This document shows positions 13,501 through 26,001 of a stretch of DNA of 57,120 nt, piece after piece. The notes beneath the pieces were generated by a model. That model saw nothing but the letters and a program-made list of their open reading frames with translations, was not told the origin of the DNA and did not search any database. Within the stretch, counting starts at the first letter, position 1. The number at the start of each line of letters is the position of its first letter. Source of the DNA: Catajapyx aquilonaris (Eukaryota); assembly GCA_000934665.2 (NCBI GenBank), contig KZ538126.1, forward strand, positions 62,001 through 119,120. Reading direction: 5' to 3'. A program made the translations under genes and the position numbers.

Positions 13501-16500
13501 AGTGGCGGTAGTGGGGGCGGGAAAGTGAGTGTGGGGGTCACCAGTGGGGAGGAGTTGTTCAGGACCGTGGAAGAGGAGGCAAAGTTCTGGAACTCGCAGT
13601 CCATATCACGGACGCTGTTGTTGGTGGTGTTCTTTTTCTTTGTGTTCCTAGCAATCACCTACTGGAGCAAGCACATGTTAAAGGACCGGCCCTACTCACC
13701 CACGAGCACAGGTGAGTCACCTGATGCTTTTTACTTACTTATACTTACTTATAAAGCGAGTACTTGGCATGGCTTTTAGATCACCAGGGGACAATGTTCA
13801 GAAGAAGAGCTCTCCAGGAATCTGGTGCAGCAGTGAATATTTTCATTTTGAAAAACATTATTGTGGGGAAGTAATGCCCCCATTCATGTTTAAAAAAATA
13901 CAAATATATGAGTTTTGAAGTGGTACAGTGACATGAATAAAGGGGAATAATATAGAACTGGTCATAATTATTTGTCACTTCTGATCACGTGATATTCTTG
14001 CTTGAATAGGAAAAGGAAGTACTTAACTATTTATTAGCTTTAAATTTGTCAGGCTTGAATGTGACAGTAGGATGATTTGCCAATCGAAGTGTGGCTGACA
14101 AGGGAGTTTTATTCTCCTGCTTTACAAGTTGTTTTCTCTCTCTCATGCATTGCCAAAGTAAAGTGTGTCACTAGTGTCAAGGATGCCTGTCGAATTGATA
14201 GTGTTGAGTTGACAGGAATACATAACAGACATCCTCAGGGATACAAAAGTGGATGTACTCTCAGTTAGCACCAGAAAGCCGGAGTACTTTGAATTTCATA
14301 GCATCATGAGAGCAACATATCCCAGACGAATCTAGCATGTGTATAGAGCTGGCACATGTAAGCAGTTGCTGTGCTTATTTGCACAGTCATGTAGTTAATA
14401 TTGTCTCCTGGTTACAGCTCGGGGTGACCTGCATGTACCACACTTGCACCTAGGTGCACCCACTCCCCCTTAATCATCCCTTAACCTTTGCACTCTCAGC
14501 ATTAGCTGTCCATCTCCTAGACTGAAAGATTACGATAAGCCTCTCATCTGCTAAGGGTGTTGGTAATAGGGGTGACTCATTACTTATTGTAGACATGTCT
14601 GTCTGACCTTCCTCACAGGGAAGAGGATTTCCACTGGGATAAACTTGTATACTGTCAGGCTGCATGCAGAAACACATTCTTAGCATTTCGATTAAGTATT
14701 TGGTAAGTCAGCGTCTTGTCATCCCATACTCATCTCATGTCAATAGAAACTGGAGCAGTTATATGTACATCAAATCTCGCATTGACACAAAGGACAGGCA
14801 ACCTCTCCATCATCATTTATCTTTTCCCCAAGCATCTTGATGAAAAATATTTACTGTCTGCGTGACAAATAGTAATGACACAAATACCAACGAAAATTCA
14901 CGGAGGCCACCAAAGGGAGCATTGACAATATTTTACCTTCGCATTTGAGTTGGTGGCTTGTCAGGGTTGCGACAGGGGGAATTTTTTTGCATTTTAACAT
15001 ATAGGGTGGATAGTAGCACTTGAGAGTTGTGTCATGTAGGGTGATTCCTAAGGGAAAAATATTTTGCCAAATATCTGTCTTCAAGGCTAAAAATTATATT
15101 CTGTGAAAGCTGTTAATGGTGATGATGCTATTGCATGCATAGGAAATGTCCTGTATGTCACCACCCATAACAACCTTGCTTGACGGGTGGAATGACTTGC
15201 AGGGTAACACCTATACAAGCAAAGGCACTATGCCTCAATTCCAAAAATTATGTAGAATATTCTGGTCTTAGAAGAGGTCAAAGGAGGACCATACCTAAAG
15301 CAAATTTGGCATTTATTGCCCACTACACTAGAATATTGCAGACGTACAAGAAACCCATTAGGTCCAAAAACCAAGATAATCTTAGCTTCAAAGGTTTGCA
15401 CTAGTTCTTGTTTACTGGCAAGTGAATACAGAAAGTCGTGGCTTGCTAGCTCATTATGACTTTTTGACTTAATGGATTTCACGGCAGAAAAAAATGGCAT
15501 TAAAAAAAACTACTTCCCAAATCGGATAGTGTGTTTATCTTAGTACATTCGTGACATGCATTTAATCTTCAGTATCTTTAAGGCCTGATATCATTTGTAG
15601 GAGCATAGTAATGAGCATCATATAATGAGACTGATAAGTTTGTGATGCTTTCAATATCTGCAGTTATTTCAAAATTTTCATGATTCACATTTCTGGACCA
15701 CATCCTTATTAAATTATTATTGCCAGTGGGTCTCTCTCATATTTTACTTCAATGTTTTGCTTGAAGAAAGCTGACCTTATTGAGCTTACTTAGTACAGCA
15801 TTATTTTCTAACAGCAAAATCCCAGGCAACTTTTTTATTGTGGCTTAGGACGAATGCCCCATATCTTAATTGCTCCTGTAATTGAATCCAACCCCAAGAA
15901 AATGTGTTGATTATATTCTTCAATTTTTCAATTATTGCGAGAATTTCTGAAAAGTTCATTATCCCGTTTTATAGTTGGGAAAAGTTGGTATTGTGTACCA
16001 TCAAATTACAGGCTTATTTGAGTTTTTAATGCTTCATGTTGCACCGTGCATGAATGAAGGATATTACCTCTTCCATGTAAATGCCAAGATCATAACAAGT
16101 TGTGTTCTTTCTTCCCTTAGGGTACAACTTCACCCTGTGCACTGCTAGGAAGGAAGCAAAGGTAAGCTGCTTTTCTCTTGTGTGAAATTTTGCTCCCATG
16201 ATTGTTGAAAATTAAACTGGTGCCTACTTTGCAGCTACAGTTGGACGACTGCATTCCGAAGAACAGCCTTGTCCATGCAATGCGCCTGTTCAAGATCCTT
16301 CACCCAGATATGGTGGAGAGAACGCGTAACCACATGTGTGGTGTGTCTGAGGTGTTACCTAACATGTCCCTGAGTGAAGCAGAGGAACACCTGGCCGCTC
16401 GAGCTCCAGACATGGAGAAGCACGTGTTCCAGGAGGCCTTTGAGAGCCTCAAGGTCTTTGTGTCACATAATCCTGCACTCAACCTTCGCCTGGTTGATGA

Positions 16501-18170
16501 AGGAGGCAAGCCTGCTGGTATAGGGACGGCCACCGCAGTAGGACCTGTGGGCTTGGCTATACCGTTCCGATGTTGGGTGTGGCAGCAAGCGATCAAATTG
16601 GCAGCTAATGCAGCGGAAGCTATCTTTGGTGAGTGCTGGAACTTCCCATGGCCTCAATATTTGCTGTTAATTGTACAATATCCAAATACCTCTATTCCTC
16701 CCAGTTTTTGACACATTGTGACACTATTCTGGGTCTGCATGACTTCTGACAGTGCTGTTTTTTTTTCCACAGGCATGCTAATAGTGGCTGCAGTGTACTG
16801 GCTAATACGCTGGTGGGATCGCCGTCGTCGCTTAAGGGAGAACGAAGTATTTGAACTGGTGGAACAGATCCTGAACATCCTTCGTGCCCACCAACTGGCC
16901 ATCAGGGAAGAGTGCAGCAATGGCAGCAGTGGTGGTCTTTCCTCCAATTCTCCCTCCTACCTGCCAGTGAATCATGTCAGAGACCAGCTGATTCTACCAC
17001 AGGATCGTGCCTATAAGGCCAGCCTGTGGCTGGCAGCTGTGGAATACCTCCGCACCCATGAGTCACGTGTAAGACAGGAAATGCAGCAGGTGGCTGGTGA
17101 GGACTGCTTAGTGTGGAGATGGCTCAGTGATGCGCCATTGCATCGGTATTCACCACCACACCACTTGCCTAGCACCCCTGTCACCCAGCTGGCAGTAAAT
17201 GTGCCCATTGGAGGGTCAACCCCTACCATCTCCCCACTTCTTCACCCCTCACCTACCTCTTCATTGAAGCCGCACCTGACTCCTACTCCCAAGCTTCCTA
17301 CGTCAGGTTCGAAGGTGTGGCAGGGGCAGGCGTTTGAGATGAGAGACGGGAGCGTCAACCCCTTGCCCACCAGCTCCACCCCTTTCCTCAAGATCCGGAA
17401 TATGTTTGACCCTGACGTGTAAGTATTTCCCCTTGAATGTGTCTGAGAATTAGGTTTCACTCCAATATTTGTCAGCATAAATGACTTGCTATTCTCTTGG
17501 CAGAGAGTATGGTGTGGAGTGGACCGTACGAATCCAAGACGCCATCCTTGAGAAGTGCGAGCTCGTGCACATTATTCACATCGGAGTTCAAAAGTCATCA
17601 CCAGACGGGTGCGTGTATGTCAAGTGTGCCAGCCGAGAGGATGCCAGGGATGCATACCATGCGCTGCATGGGTGGTGGTTTGATGGTAAGGATACCTCTA
17701 GACGTGTTCCAATTTCTGCCCTGTCGGATGTATTAACAAAGCACTGCACTCCAACCTTGATAAAGCCAATTGGGAAGTGCCTTCCTATGCTAACCTGACA
17801 GTTGCTCTATAGTGCTGTGCAGAATGAGATTTTCATGGTCTTGTCTTGGTCAACCAATTTCATTCTTGGCATTGCATCATATTCTGTTATGTGAATAAAA
17901 ATAGGGCGTGAGTAGGGCAGCATAATACGCAAGTTTGCAAGTGGATGACATGTGATTCATGGATTTTTTTCAGGCAACCTCGTGACAGTCAAGTACCTAC
18001 GTGGAGAGCGCTACCACGAGCACTTCCCAAATGCCCGCAAGGCAACACTTCCACTCCAGCCGTCAAACGACAAGCGTCTGTCTTTGAGGGCAGACTTTCA
18101 GCATGGACAGGAGGAGGAAGAGGGTGAAAAAGGCGAGGTAGCAGTGGGAGGGGGAGGAGAGGACTTGTGA
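10562..18170 (+). CDS. LEMD3: Inner nuclear membrane protein MAN1 (LEM domain, two TM segments, MSC/winged-helix, C-terminal UHM/RRM)
   Basis: Exons 10562-11058, 13167-13711, 16121-16161, 16235(or 16241)-16628, 16773-17418, 17504-17685, 17974-18170 give 834 codons in frame. LEM motif [66 protein letters not shown]...[33 protein letters not shown]...GCVYVKC...[17 protein letters not shown]. Confidence 0.95.
11206..11298. mobile_element. Tc1/mariner-like MITE (93 bp) in MAN1 intron 1
   Basis: TA|CAGGGTGACCCAAAAGTGTAGAC ... GTCCAGACTTTTGGGTCACCCTG|TA. Confidence 0.85.
11552..11759. repeat. Two adjacent small inverted-repeat relics
   Basis: ACATGTGAGCGA...TCGCTCACATGT (~11561-11643) and CATGAGCGAGAAGCC...GGCTTCTCGCTCATG (~11703-11756). 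Confidence 0.5.
12235..12380. mobile_element. Degenerate fold-back element
   Basis: GCACCAAA...AAACAAATC pairs with GATTTGCTTT...TTTGGTGC. GTGCTTGTTATTAATT pairs with AATTAGTAACAAGCAC. Confidence 0.55.
12935..13114. mobile_element. Fold-back MITE (~180 bp) ending ~50 bp upstream of MAN1 exon 2
   Basis: GTACTAATAACCACAAAAGTAATGTCGCAC versus GTGCGACATCACTTTTGCGGTTAATAGTAC (3 mismatches in 30). Pairing continues inward (GACTTG..TTTAGCAT / ATGCTAAACAAGTC). Confidence 0.8.
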
Positions 18171-20759
18171 ATGGAGGAAGGAGGCAGGAGGGTTTGGGTC
18201 AAATCTATTGGGAGAGGGTGGTATTTTGACTGGATTATGTCGGAAGGTAGGTTTGTTTCCTGGTTTTTTTGGGTGTACGGGGAAAAAAACAGTGAGTGTG
18301 TAAAGGACCTGGCAGTAGTGCAGAGACTGGATTTTTCTTGGCGAAACATAACACGTGGAAGGGGGTTGGGTTGGGAGGGGGGGTAAACTTAACAAGTGTT
18401 TTTGCATCACAAGTGCCTGAAGGAAACCCAAAGCAGGACTGAATTTTTCTGTTTCCTTTCATAGTAGTTGTTTTTTGTTACAGATTTCTTTTAAGGGTGA
18501 AGGGAAGGTGGGATGTTAAGGGGACGGTGTGGGAAGACTGACTGCTTTTTATTTCCCCCCCACTTTGTTAAATATACATTTTTTTTTTGTTTCTTCCAAT
18601 TGGCATGAGGAGCATCTTCAACTTTCCTCATAAGGATTGCTCTTTTTGCGCAACACTAACTTGTAAGAAAAAAAAATTTTAAGCACAGCTTTGAGTCTCG
18701 TTAGGCAATGTACATATTGTAAAGAAGAAAAAAAATATTTTGATCTGCACCCCGATTTTTTTTAGGTATATTATGTTTTGCATGCTTTTTGTATTAAAAT
18801 TTTTTGTTTCTTTTTTGCCGAGATGGGTTTTAAAAATTGGAGTCTGCCCCCCTTTAAATAAAATGTGCAGGATTCTTTGTATACTTAAATAGTGATTTTT
18901 AAAGAAATAGTTTTAGCAAGCAAGAGCATGGATCAGGTGGACTGCAAAGGAGGGGGGAGGGTTGCGGGTATGATGTGACCTAACAATATTGCAGAAGGCT
19001 GGAAGGGGAATGGAACAAAACAAAATAAAATAAAGAAGTGCAAGGTGGTGGGTTGCTGCTGTCATGGACTAGGCTTAATAACATTTTTTAAAAACCCGAT
19101 TACCTGCAAAGTGTAATGTAGAACATAAACAGGTGTAACCATTCACAATCAACACATGCAATTTCTTGTTACGACTGCCGCCTACCGTTTTTGTCTTGTT
19201 ATAGTTTATGGTTCGGCGCCGAACTGTGTTCTATATTTTCTGGCTTGAGCTGCGCTCCTAAGTATAGAAGACTCGATGCACCATAGTTGGCGTTAACGTT
19301 TTATGGCCATTTAAAAGAAATACCTAACAGAGAAGCAAAAAATATATATATCGAGATTCATATTGTTGCCGACGTTGTTGCAAGTGAAAAGGGAATTTGG
19401 AAAGGACCCTCCAAACATGCGTAACTGTCTCCGTGCATCTGTTACTGACACACCGGTAGATACTATCAGGCAGGTGGTGTCAACAAGGCCAGCTAATAAT
19501 TTATTTAAAACGTGTTGACACCAAGGAAATGTAAAGATAGGATATTTTGTTTCTGGTGTGCATTCCAGATGCTCTCACTAGCTATAAGAAACCACTTCCA
19601 ATAAGTAAATTAGCAATAGTAAAATGTCCAGTTATAGGATATTGAACAGCATCATTTGGAGGGTTCGCTTCCATGTTTTACTATATTGTCTCTCCCCCCC
19701 ATAGATCAAAATAAAGTTGGGTGCAAGGAACAAGTACAGTACTGTTATTTCTAAAACTGCCAAGTGGGCAAACATTAAGACCTACAAACTTTTTGCAACC
19801 TACCCCGGGGTGCCTCGTACTTGTAACAATTAGATCACTGCCTATTCGTAGGAAACATGATCGCATCAACCTAATAATAATTTTTGATGCATTCAAAGGG
19901 GGTTTTAAAAAGTGGTGTTTGAAATTTTGTGTTTCAAGTGTTCAGCAATGTTAAGTACTTCTATTTGACCGAAAATAAATGTGATTTGTAAAAGCAGTGA
20001 GAATTTACATGGTGTCATTTATCCTTGCAGATTTTCCTCATGTTTAGCATTGGATTTGTGCATATATTTTTCTCCATTTCAGGATGCTACAGTATAAATA
20101 GTTGGTTTCAGAATTTACGTAGGAATTATCTGTGTGTCATTGAGCACATCCTTCATCGCTGAAGTTGCCTCGGGTTTCGTGAGATCTCATTTTTTTTCAC
20201 TTCAACGATCAAGGCAGGAGGAGGCTAATCGGCTCGAGCACCTAATTTTTCTGAAGTGTCTAAATTCTAACCAAATGCTACATGCTAATTTGAGATCACA
20301 TGATACACAATATCATGATATTTAAAAATCCTTCAGGAATGGAAATGCATTGGGCATTCACCTTTTGCACGCTTCATTCCTGGTGATACGTATAACGGCC
20401 CAAGATGTCTGATGGAGGAAAGATCTTTCTGCGACTGTCCTCACTTTTGCATGCCATGCTTTCTATTTGTGTCGATCTTTCTCAGGGCACCTGATGAACT
20501 TTTTACTGCCTCTATTGTCCCACAACCTCTGCAATATAACGTACACAACTTTTTCATTAATGTAGTAGAGCATTAGGTTGCATGGTGTCTGCTTATAAAT
20601 ATACTGCTTGGAGCATGTAAAAGTAAATACATAAATAAAATTATTTTCTGGAGTGCCTTGCGACATTCTCTACAGGAAGCAGCTGTCAGTGGTAAGTTGA
20701 GTAATAGATATCGCCTTGGTTGCTGAAAGTTCATTCCAGTAAACCCTGCATGTGCACCT

Positions 20760-20900
20760 CGGAGAATCCAAGAATTATGCGGAAAAAATTGTACGTCGGT
20801 AGAGTAGGCCTACCGATAATGAGAAATACGTAAGGAAATACGCGCGAAATTAATTGCATGACGTCATCGCGGAAAATCCTGGCCAATATTTGCATATAAA
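20760..20900 (+). promoter_or_regulatory. Immune-type TATA promoter of lectin 1
   Basis: kB-like CGGAGAATCC (20760) and CGGAAAATCC (20870), perfect CRE TGACGTCA (20859-20866), CCAAT (20883), octamer ATTTGCAT (20888-20895), TATAAA (20895-20900). Confidence 0.6.
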
Positions 20901-20978
20901 TGGGCTTCAGTTCTGCCAGCCAGCTAAAGCAAAAGATAACTCTGCAGTTGACCATACGTGTAACTTGTGTAAGTCAAC

Positions 20979-21747
20979 ATGGGGAAAGTTATGGAGATCT
21001 TGATCGTCGTTTGCATGTGCCTAATACCGTCTCTTTCATTAGGTGAGTACAGTACAGTACAGCCAGTTACATCAAGTCAAATTAATTTGTCGAGTATTGT
21101 ACGCTTATGCAACTGGAGATTTTTTTTTTTTAATTGAACAAAGTAATAAATTTTTATGGTTTTTGATGCAGGAATGGACTGCTCTCATCCTTACATCAAA
21201 CTAGCTACAGGGTGCTACTATTTTAGTGGCAGTCACACTGCAAACTGGTGGAAGGCTGCTGAAGTTTGCAGAGCCTTGGATGGATACCTAGCAATTATAG
21301 GCGATCCTATAGAAAACGAGTCAATTCGCCAATATCTGATCAATCGTAAGTCACACACGATTATACGTACAGCACTGTACCAGAGCACTAACTGGTATGA
21401 CCTAATTTGCAGAGGACCACAAGAATCATTATTACTTAGGCGGATATGACCTGGGCCACGAAGGTATTTGGTACTGGGAATCGACTAGAAAGCCGATCGA
21501 CTATTTCGATTGGTACAAGCCTCAACCTGACAACTACAAAGATGTCGAGCACTGCCTGGAGATGAGAAACACCAGCAGTTTCCACTGGAACGACGTCTAT
21601 TGCAGAAAGGACACGAACAGCTTCGTGTGCGAGGCTGCTATTCCAGAGAAGAAAGAGATAGTGTTACAAGTGACCGGAATTAAGCTTCAGGTAGAACCTG
21701 ATGCCCAACAACCCGAAATAGACTGGAGGACATTTCAGGCCAGTTGA
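20979..21747 (+). CDS. Secreted C-type lectin 1 (QPD/WND motifs, galactose-type)
   Basis: Exons 20979-21042 (signal peptide), 21172-21345, 21413-21747 give 191 codons. CYYF...W..A...C...GYLA.I...YLGGYDLGHEG.W.W...QPDN...EHCLE...WND..C...FVCE. Confidence 0.93.
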
Positions 21748-22059
21748 TTAATGCGCCTATTTTTAACTGTGAATCAACTATTGCGATGACATTTTTATCA
21801 CAAAAAAACAGCTTACCCACTTCCTCATGGGCGTAGTTGGAAAAATGATAACCCCAGAAAAGAGGTCATTCTGTACTGTCTTTGCTAATAAATGCGGTCG
21901 TCTTCATGAAGGGGCGTCTCTTTATTTGGTGCAATCGCAATCATTGCGGTTTTCAGCTACTTCCCGGAATTATTGTTGCTGATAAGTGCTGGTTAAAAGT
22001 GAGAGGTCGGCAAGGAAAATGTCTTATTCTGGAGTATCCACATTTGCTTATTAACAGCC

Positions 22060-22938
22060 ATGATAATGTATTCCCTTTTCGTAATGTTCATATTGGCGGT
22101 AGTGCCCTTTGCGTCAGGTAAGTCCTATTATAATTTGAAGGGCTCGGAAGAAAAACAGTGGCGGTTAACATGTTTTTCACACGAGCTTTTCATTTATTAA
22201 TAATTTAGTGGATGACATTAGGTTGATTCTTTCAAAAATGATATGCAGGACTAGTGTGTGAAAAAGGTTGGAGGTCAACGTCGACAGGATGTTACTACCT
22301 GAGCTACCCAGAGAGGCTGAACTGGTGGCAGGCAGTCGAGAGCTGCTACAGAAGAGGTGGCTACCTGGTGGTCATCCAGGACGCCACAGAAAACAGGATC
22401 ATCAACAACATGATAGGGAAGGTACTACTGCACTTCATAATGTTTGGGATACCTCAAGATGTACTGAACCACCAATATTTCAGATGCCAAGTGCAGCAAT
22501 TGGATCGGAGGGTACGACATGGGACATGAAGGACAATGGATCTGGGAGCACCAGAAGCACCCCATCAAATACTTCGACTGGCTTAGAGGTCAGCCCAACA
22601 ACGGAGGCAGCAGCCAGAATCAACACTGCCTGGAGATCTGGAAGGAGAACCAGAACTCATACGTCTGGAACGACGAAGCCTGCACATTCACCAGGGCTTA
22701 CATCTGCGAGTCCGACCCCATCCAGCCCATACCACCCGCTGTGCCATCTCCACCAGTACTGACCTGCGTGTGTCCATCAGGCGACGACGGATCCGTCCTA
22801 ATCAAAAAGATCATCAACTTCACAGGAACACTCAGTCTGGACGTCCCAGGTTATCCGGATCCAAACTGCGGCCGGATTCCACAGCTCGACCCCAGGTCAG
22901 CCCCTGATGACCCCGAAATCCCACCAGCTACACAATAG
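22060..22938 (+). pseudogene. C-type lectin 2 (QPN/WND), 1-bp deletion at end of exon 2; possibly rescued by an alternative acceptor
   Basis: Exons 22060-22117, 22249-22421, 22484-22938 total 686 nt (not a multiple of 3). It reads ATAGGGAAG|GTACTA where the paralog reads ATACGGGAAG|GTAACT. Confidence 0.75.
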
Positions 22939-25138
22939 AAGTGTACACTGCAGCAATAAAAATAATTTTAAAATTTTAGAATCTTAAAATTAAGCAATTG
23001 TGATTTCGATTGGTATTTTGTAGGATGAAAAATGCTTTATAATGGCACTTTATTTTTAATGTTTTGAATATTTGATTCCTGAGTGTCTTTAAGTTGTGTT
23101 TCCCAAATAATATCTGCAAGCTAACATTTTGGCTCAGCTTTGCAGCTAAGCGGGGTTTGTGAGAGCATATAAAAAAGCTCAAAGCTACGTATACTGTACG
23201 TCACATACATTCCTATCCTTATCAGTCTTTTTAGTGTTAATAATAAGAAGAGCAGATGATCTCTATTTTGAACAGAAAATGTAAGGGCAGCAATCCAGAT
23301 ATTCATGAGAGTGGACTCTGAAAGACTGAAAGGTCGCAGGAAGTTGCCATCCTCTCTGGTTCCTCGCAATCTCTTTGAGGTGCAAAACGCCCGCCATTTT
23401 TCCCTCGCTTGGAACTCTATCGCATTGAGGGCGACGCGACGGTTTCTTAAAACTGTCTGTGGCGATAGATGACACATGGCTCCGGTCATAGTGGTCTGAC
23501 TTGTCCCATACTCGAAAGAAGCAAGCTCCAGTGTCGTTGTCATCTCCGAGTGTCCCTCATGCAGCGTCCAACAGCTTCAAGCGCGGCGGGCTCGGGCCGT
23601 CTTAGGGCGATGGTGCGGTGGGGTGGTCACATTCCTCCTTTGTTTCCCCACCCCCCTGGCGATATGGGCAACATCTGTATGCCAGATAAAATTGTAATCG
23701 CCGGATCTCCAAAGCTCGGCAAAGGTCATCTCTGTATGTGTTACCGTTTTTGAATAAAAAAATACGCGCCATGACCTTTGACTCAACCCTCGTATTATAA
23801 ATTTTTTTCGTCTCCAAGAATTTCTTGACAAGTAAATTAATCATGCATAATGATTCTTTTATAACAGAAGGCATAAAGAATGAGCACTATTTGATGTGCC
23901 TAACCAAAGATCGTGGGTTCTTTACGAGAGAGCCCAAAAAAGAAGACCAGTGGCAGTAACAATACTTTTCTTTCTCTCTCATTTGTTTTGATTTTTGTGT
24001 TTGTATTTTTGTACTGAGCTTTTGCAATGATTTTTTTTTGTGGTTCTTCAAGAATCTGATATGTTTTGATAGGCTCTGGAGTATATTACATGAGCTAGGT
24101 GTTTAGGTATTTGAAGTAGTACAAAGAAAAGCGTGGTCCAAGTCAACTACATTCCTACAACATTGAATGAAAAGCACAATCGTTACTGAAATCGTGGATA
24201 TGTAGTATACTGTAAATGGGAAACGTTAAACAGCCTTAGGAGTCTACAAGTGATTCACGCTTTTTACGGATTTTATGTACTATGCAAAATAATGGGAAAA
24301 ACTGTTGCTTGAGGATGCTGGTTTCTGTTAACCCTTTCCTTCCAATGCTTATTGCATGCACATAAAAAAAAACTGCCACGACACTCAACGGCCATAATTT
24401 TTGGGGTCTTGTCCGTACAGGAATGAAAGGGTTATGAAATGCACAATATTTGAGGTGCGATTTCCTCACTCATGAAATTCCGGTTTGATCTTTTTTTTTT
24501 TCGACAAGTGGGGTTGCTACTGTAGTAGCCCTGTAGGCCCTAGGCCTATATATATATATATTTAAGGAAGAACGCACTGTTTGGGAATCCAGAGGTTTCC
24601 CGCCTGTATTTCGTGTTTCTTTGCTTCCCAGATATTAGACTGAGCACAACCGTATCATCTTTAATTTGTTCCTCAGGCTGGGAAATAAATCCTTATGAAT
24701 GTGCATAAATTATTTTTATTTTGATTGCTATACTTTTCAACAATGTCATGATTGCTATAATATTCTTCACACTCCCTATTTTCCATAATTATTAGTTAGA
24801 CTACTCTTGGACAAACCAGTTCATTATTGTTTGTATGCAGTCACCTTTATGAGATTTTCAGGCACTGACACAACTATTGCGATGTCATTTTTATCACAAA
24901 AAACAGCTTACCCACAGGCGTAACTTGGGAAAATGATAACCCCAAGAAAAGAGGTCACTGTGTTACTGTCTTTGCTAATAAATGTGGTCGTCTTCATGAA
25001 GGGGCGTCTCTTTGGTGCAATCGCATTGTGGTTTTCAGCTACTTCCCGGAATTGTGCTGATAAGTACTGGTTAAAAGTGAGAGGTCGGCAAGAAAAATGA
25101 CTTATTCCCAGAGTATCCACATTTGCTTATTAACAGCG

Positions 25139-26001
25139 ATGATGATGTATCCGCTTTTCATAATGTTCATATTGGCGGTGGTGCCCTTTGCATCAGGTAA
25201 GTCCTATATTATAATTTGAAGGGCTCGGAAGAAAAACATGTTTTTCACACGAGCCATTTATTAATTTAGTGGATGACATTAGGTTGATTCTTTCAAAATG
25301 ATATGCAGGACTAGTGTGTGAAAAAGGTTGGAGGTCAACGTCGACAGGATGTTACTACCTGAGCTACCCAGAGAGGCTGAACTGGTGGCAGGCAGTCGAG
25401 AGCTGCTACAGAAGAGGTGGCTACCTGGTGGTCATCCAGGACGCCACAGAAAACAGGATCATCAACAACATGATACGGGAAGGTAACTGCACTTCATAAT
25501 GTTTGGGATACCTCAAGATGTACTACTGAACCACCAATTTCAGATGCCAAGTGCAGCAATTGGATCGGAGGGTACGACTTGGGACACGAAGGACAATGGA
25601 TCTGGGAGCACAAGAAGGACCCCATCAAATACTTCGACTGGCTTAGAGGTCAGCCCAACAACGGAGGCAGCACCCAGCCTCAACACTGCCTGGAGATCTG
25701 GAAGGAAAACCAGAACTCATACGTCTGGAACGACGAAGCCTGCACATTCACCAGGGCTTACATCTGCGAGTCCGACCCCATCCAGCCCATACCACCCGCT
25801 GTGCCATCTCCACCAGTCCAGGCCTGCGTGTGTCCATCAGGCGACGACGGATCCGTCCTAATCAAAAAGATCATCAACTTCACAGGAACACTCAGTCTGG
25901 ACGGCCTCCCAGGTTATCCGGATCCAAACTGCGGCCGGATCCCACAGCTCGACCCCAGGTCAGCCCCTGATGACCCCGAAATCCCACCAGCTACGCAATA
26001 G
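25139..26001 (+). CDS. Secreted C-type lectin 3 (QPN/WND) with Pro-rich, Cys-containing C-terminal extension
   Basis: Exons 25139-25196, 25309-25482, 25544-26001 give 230 codons, intact. Signal peptide, WIGGYDLGHEG, GQPNN, HCLE, WND, YICE. AATAAA at ~26018. Confidence 0.93.
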
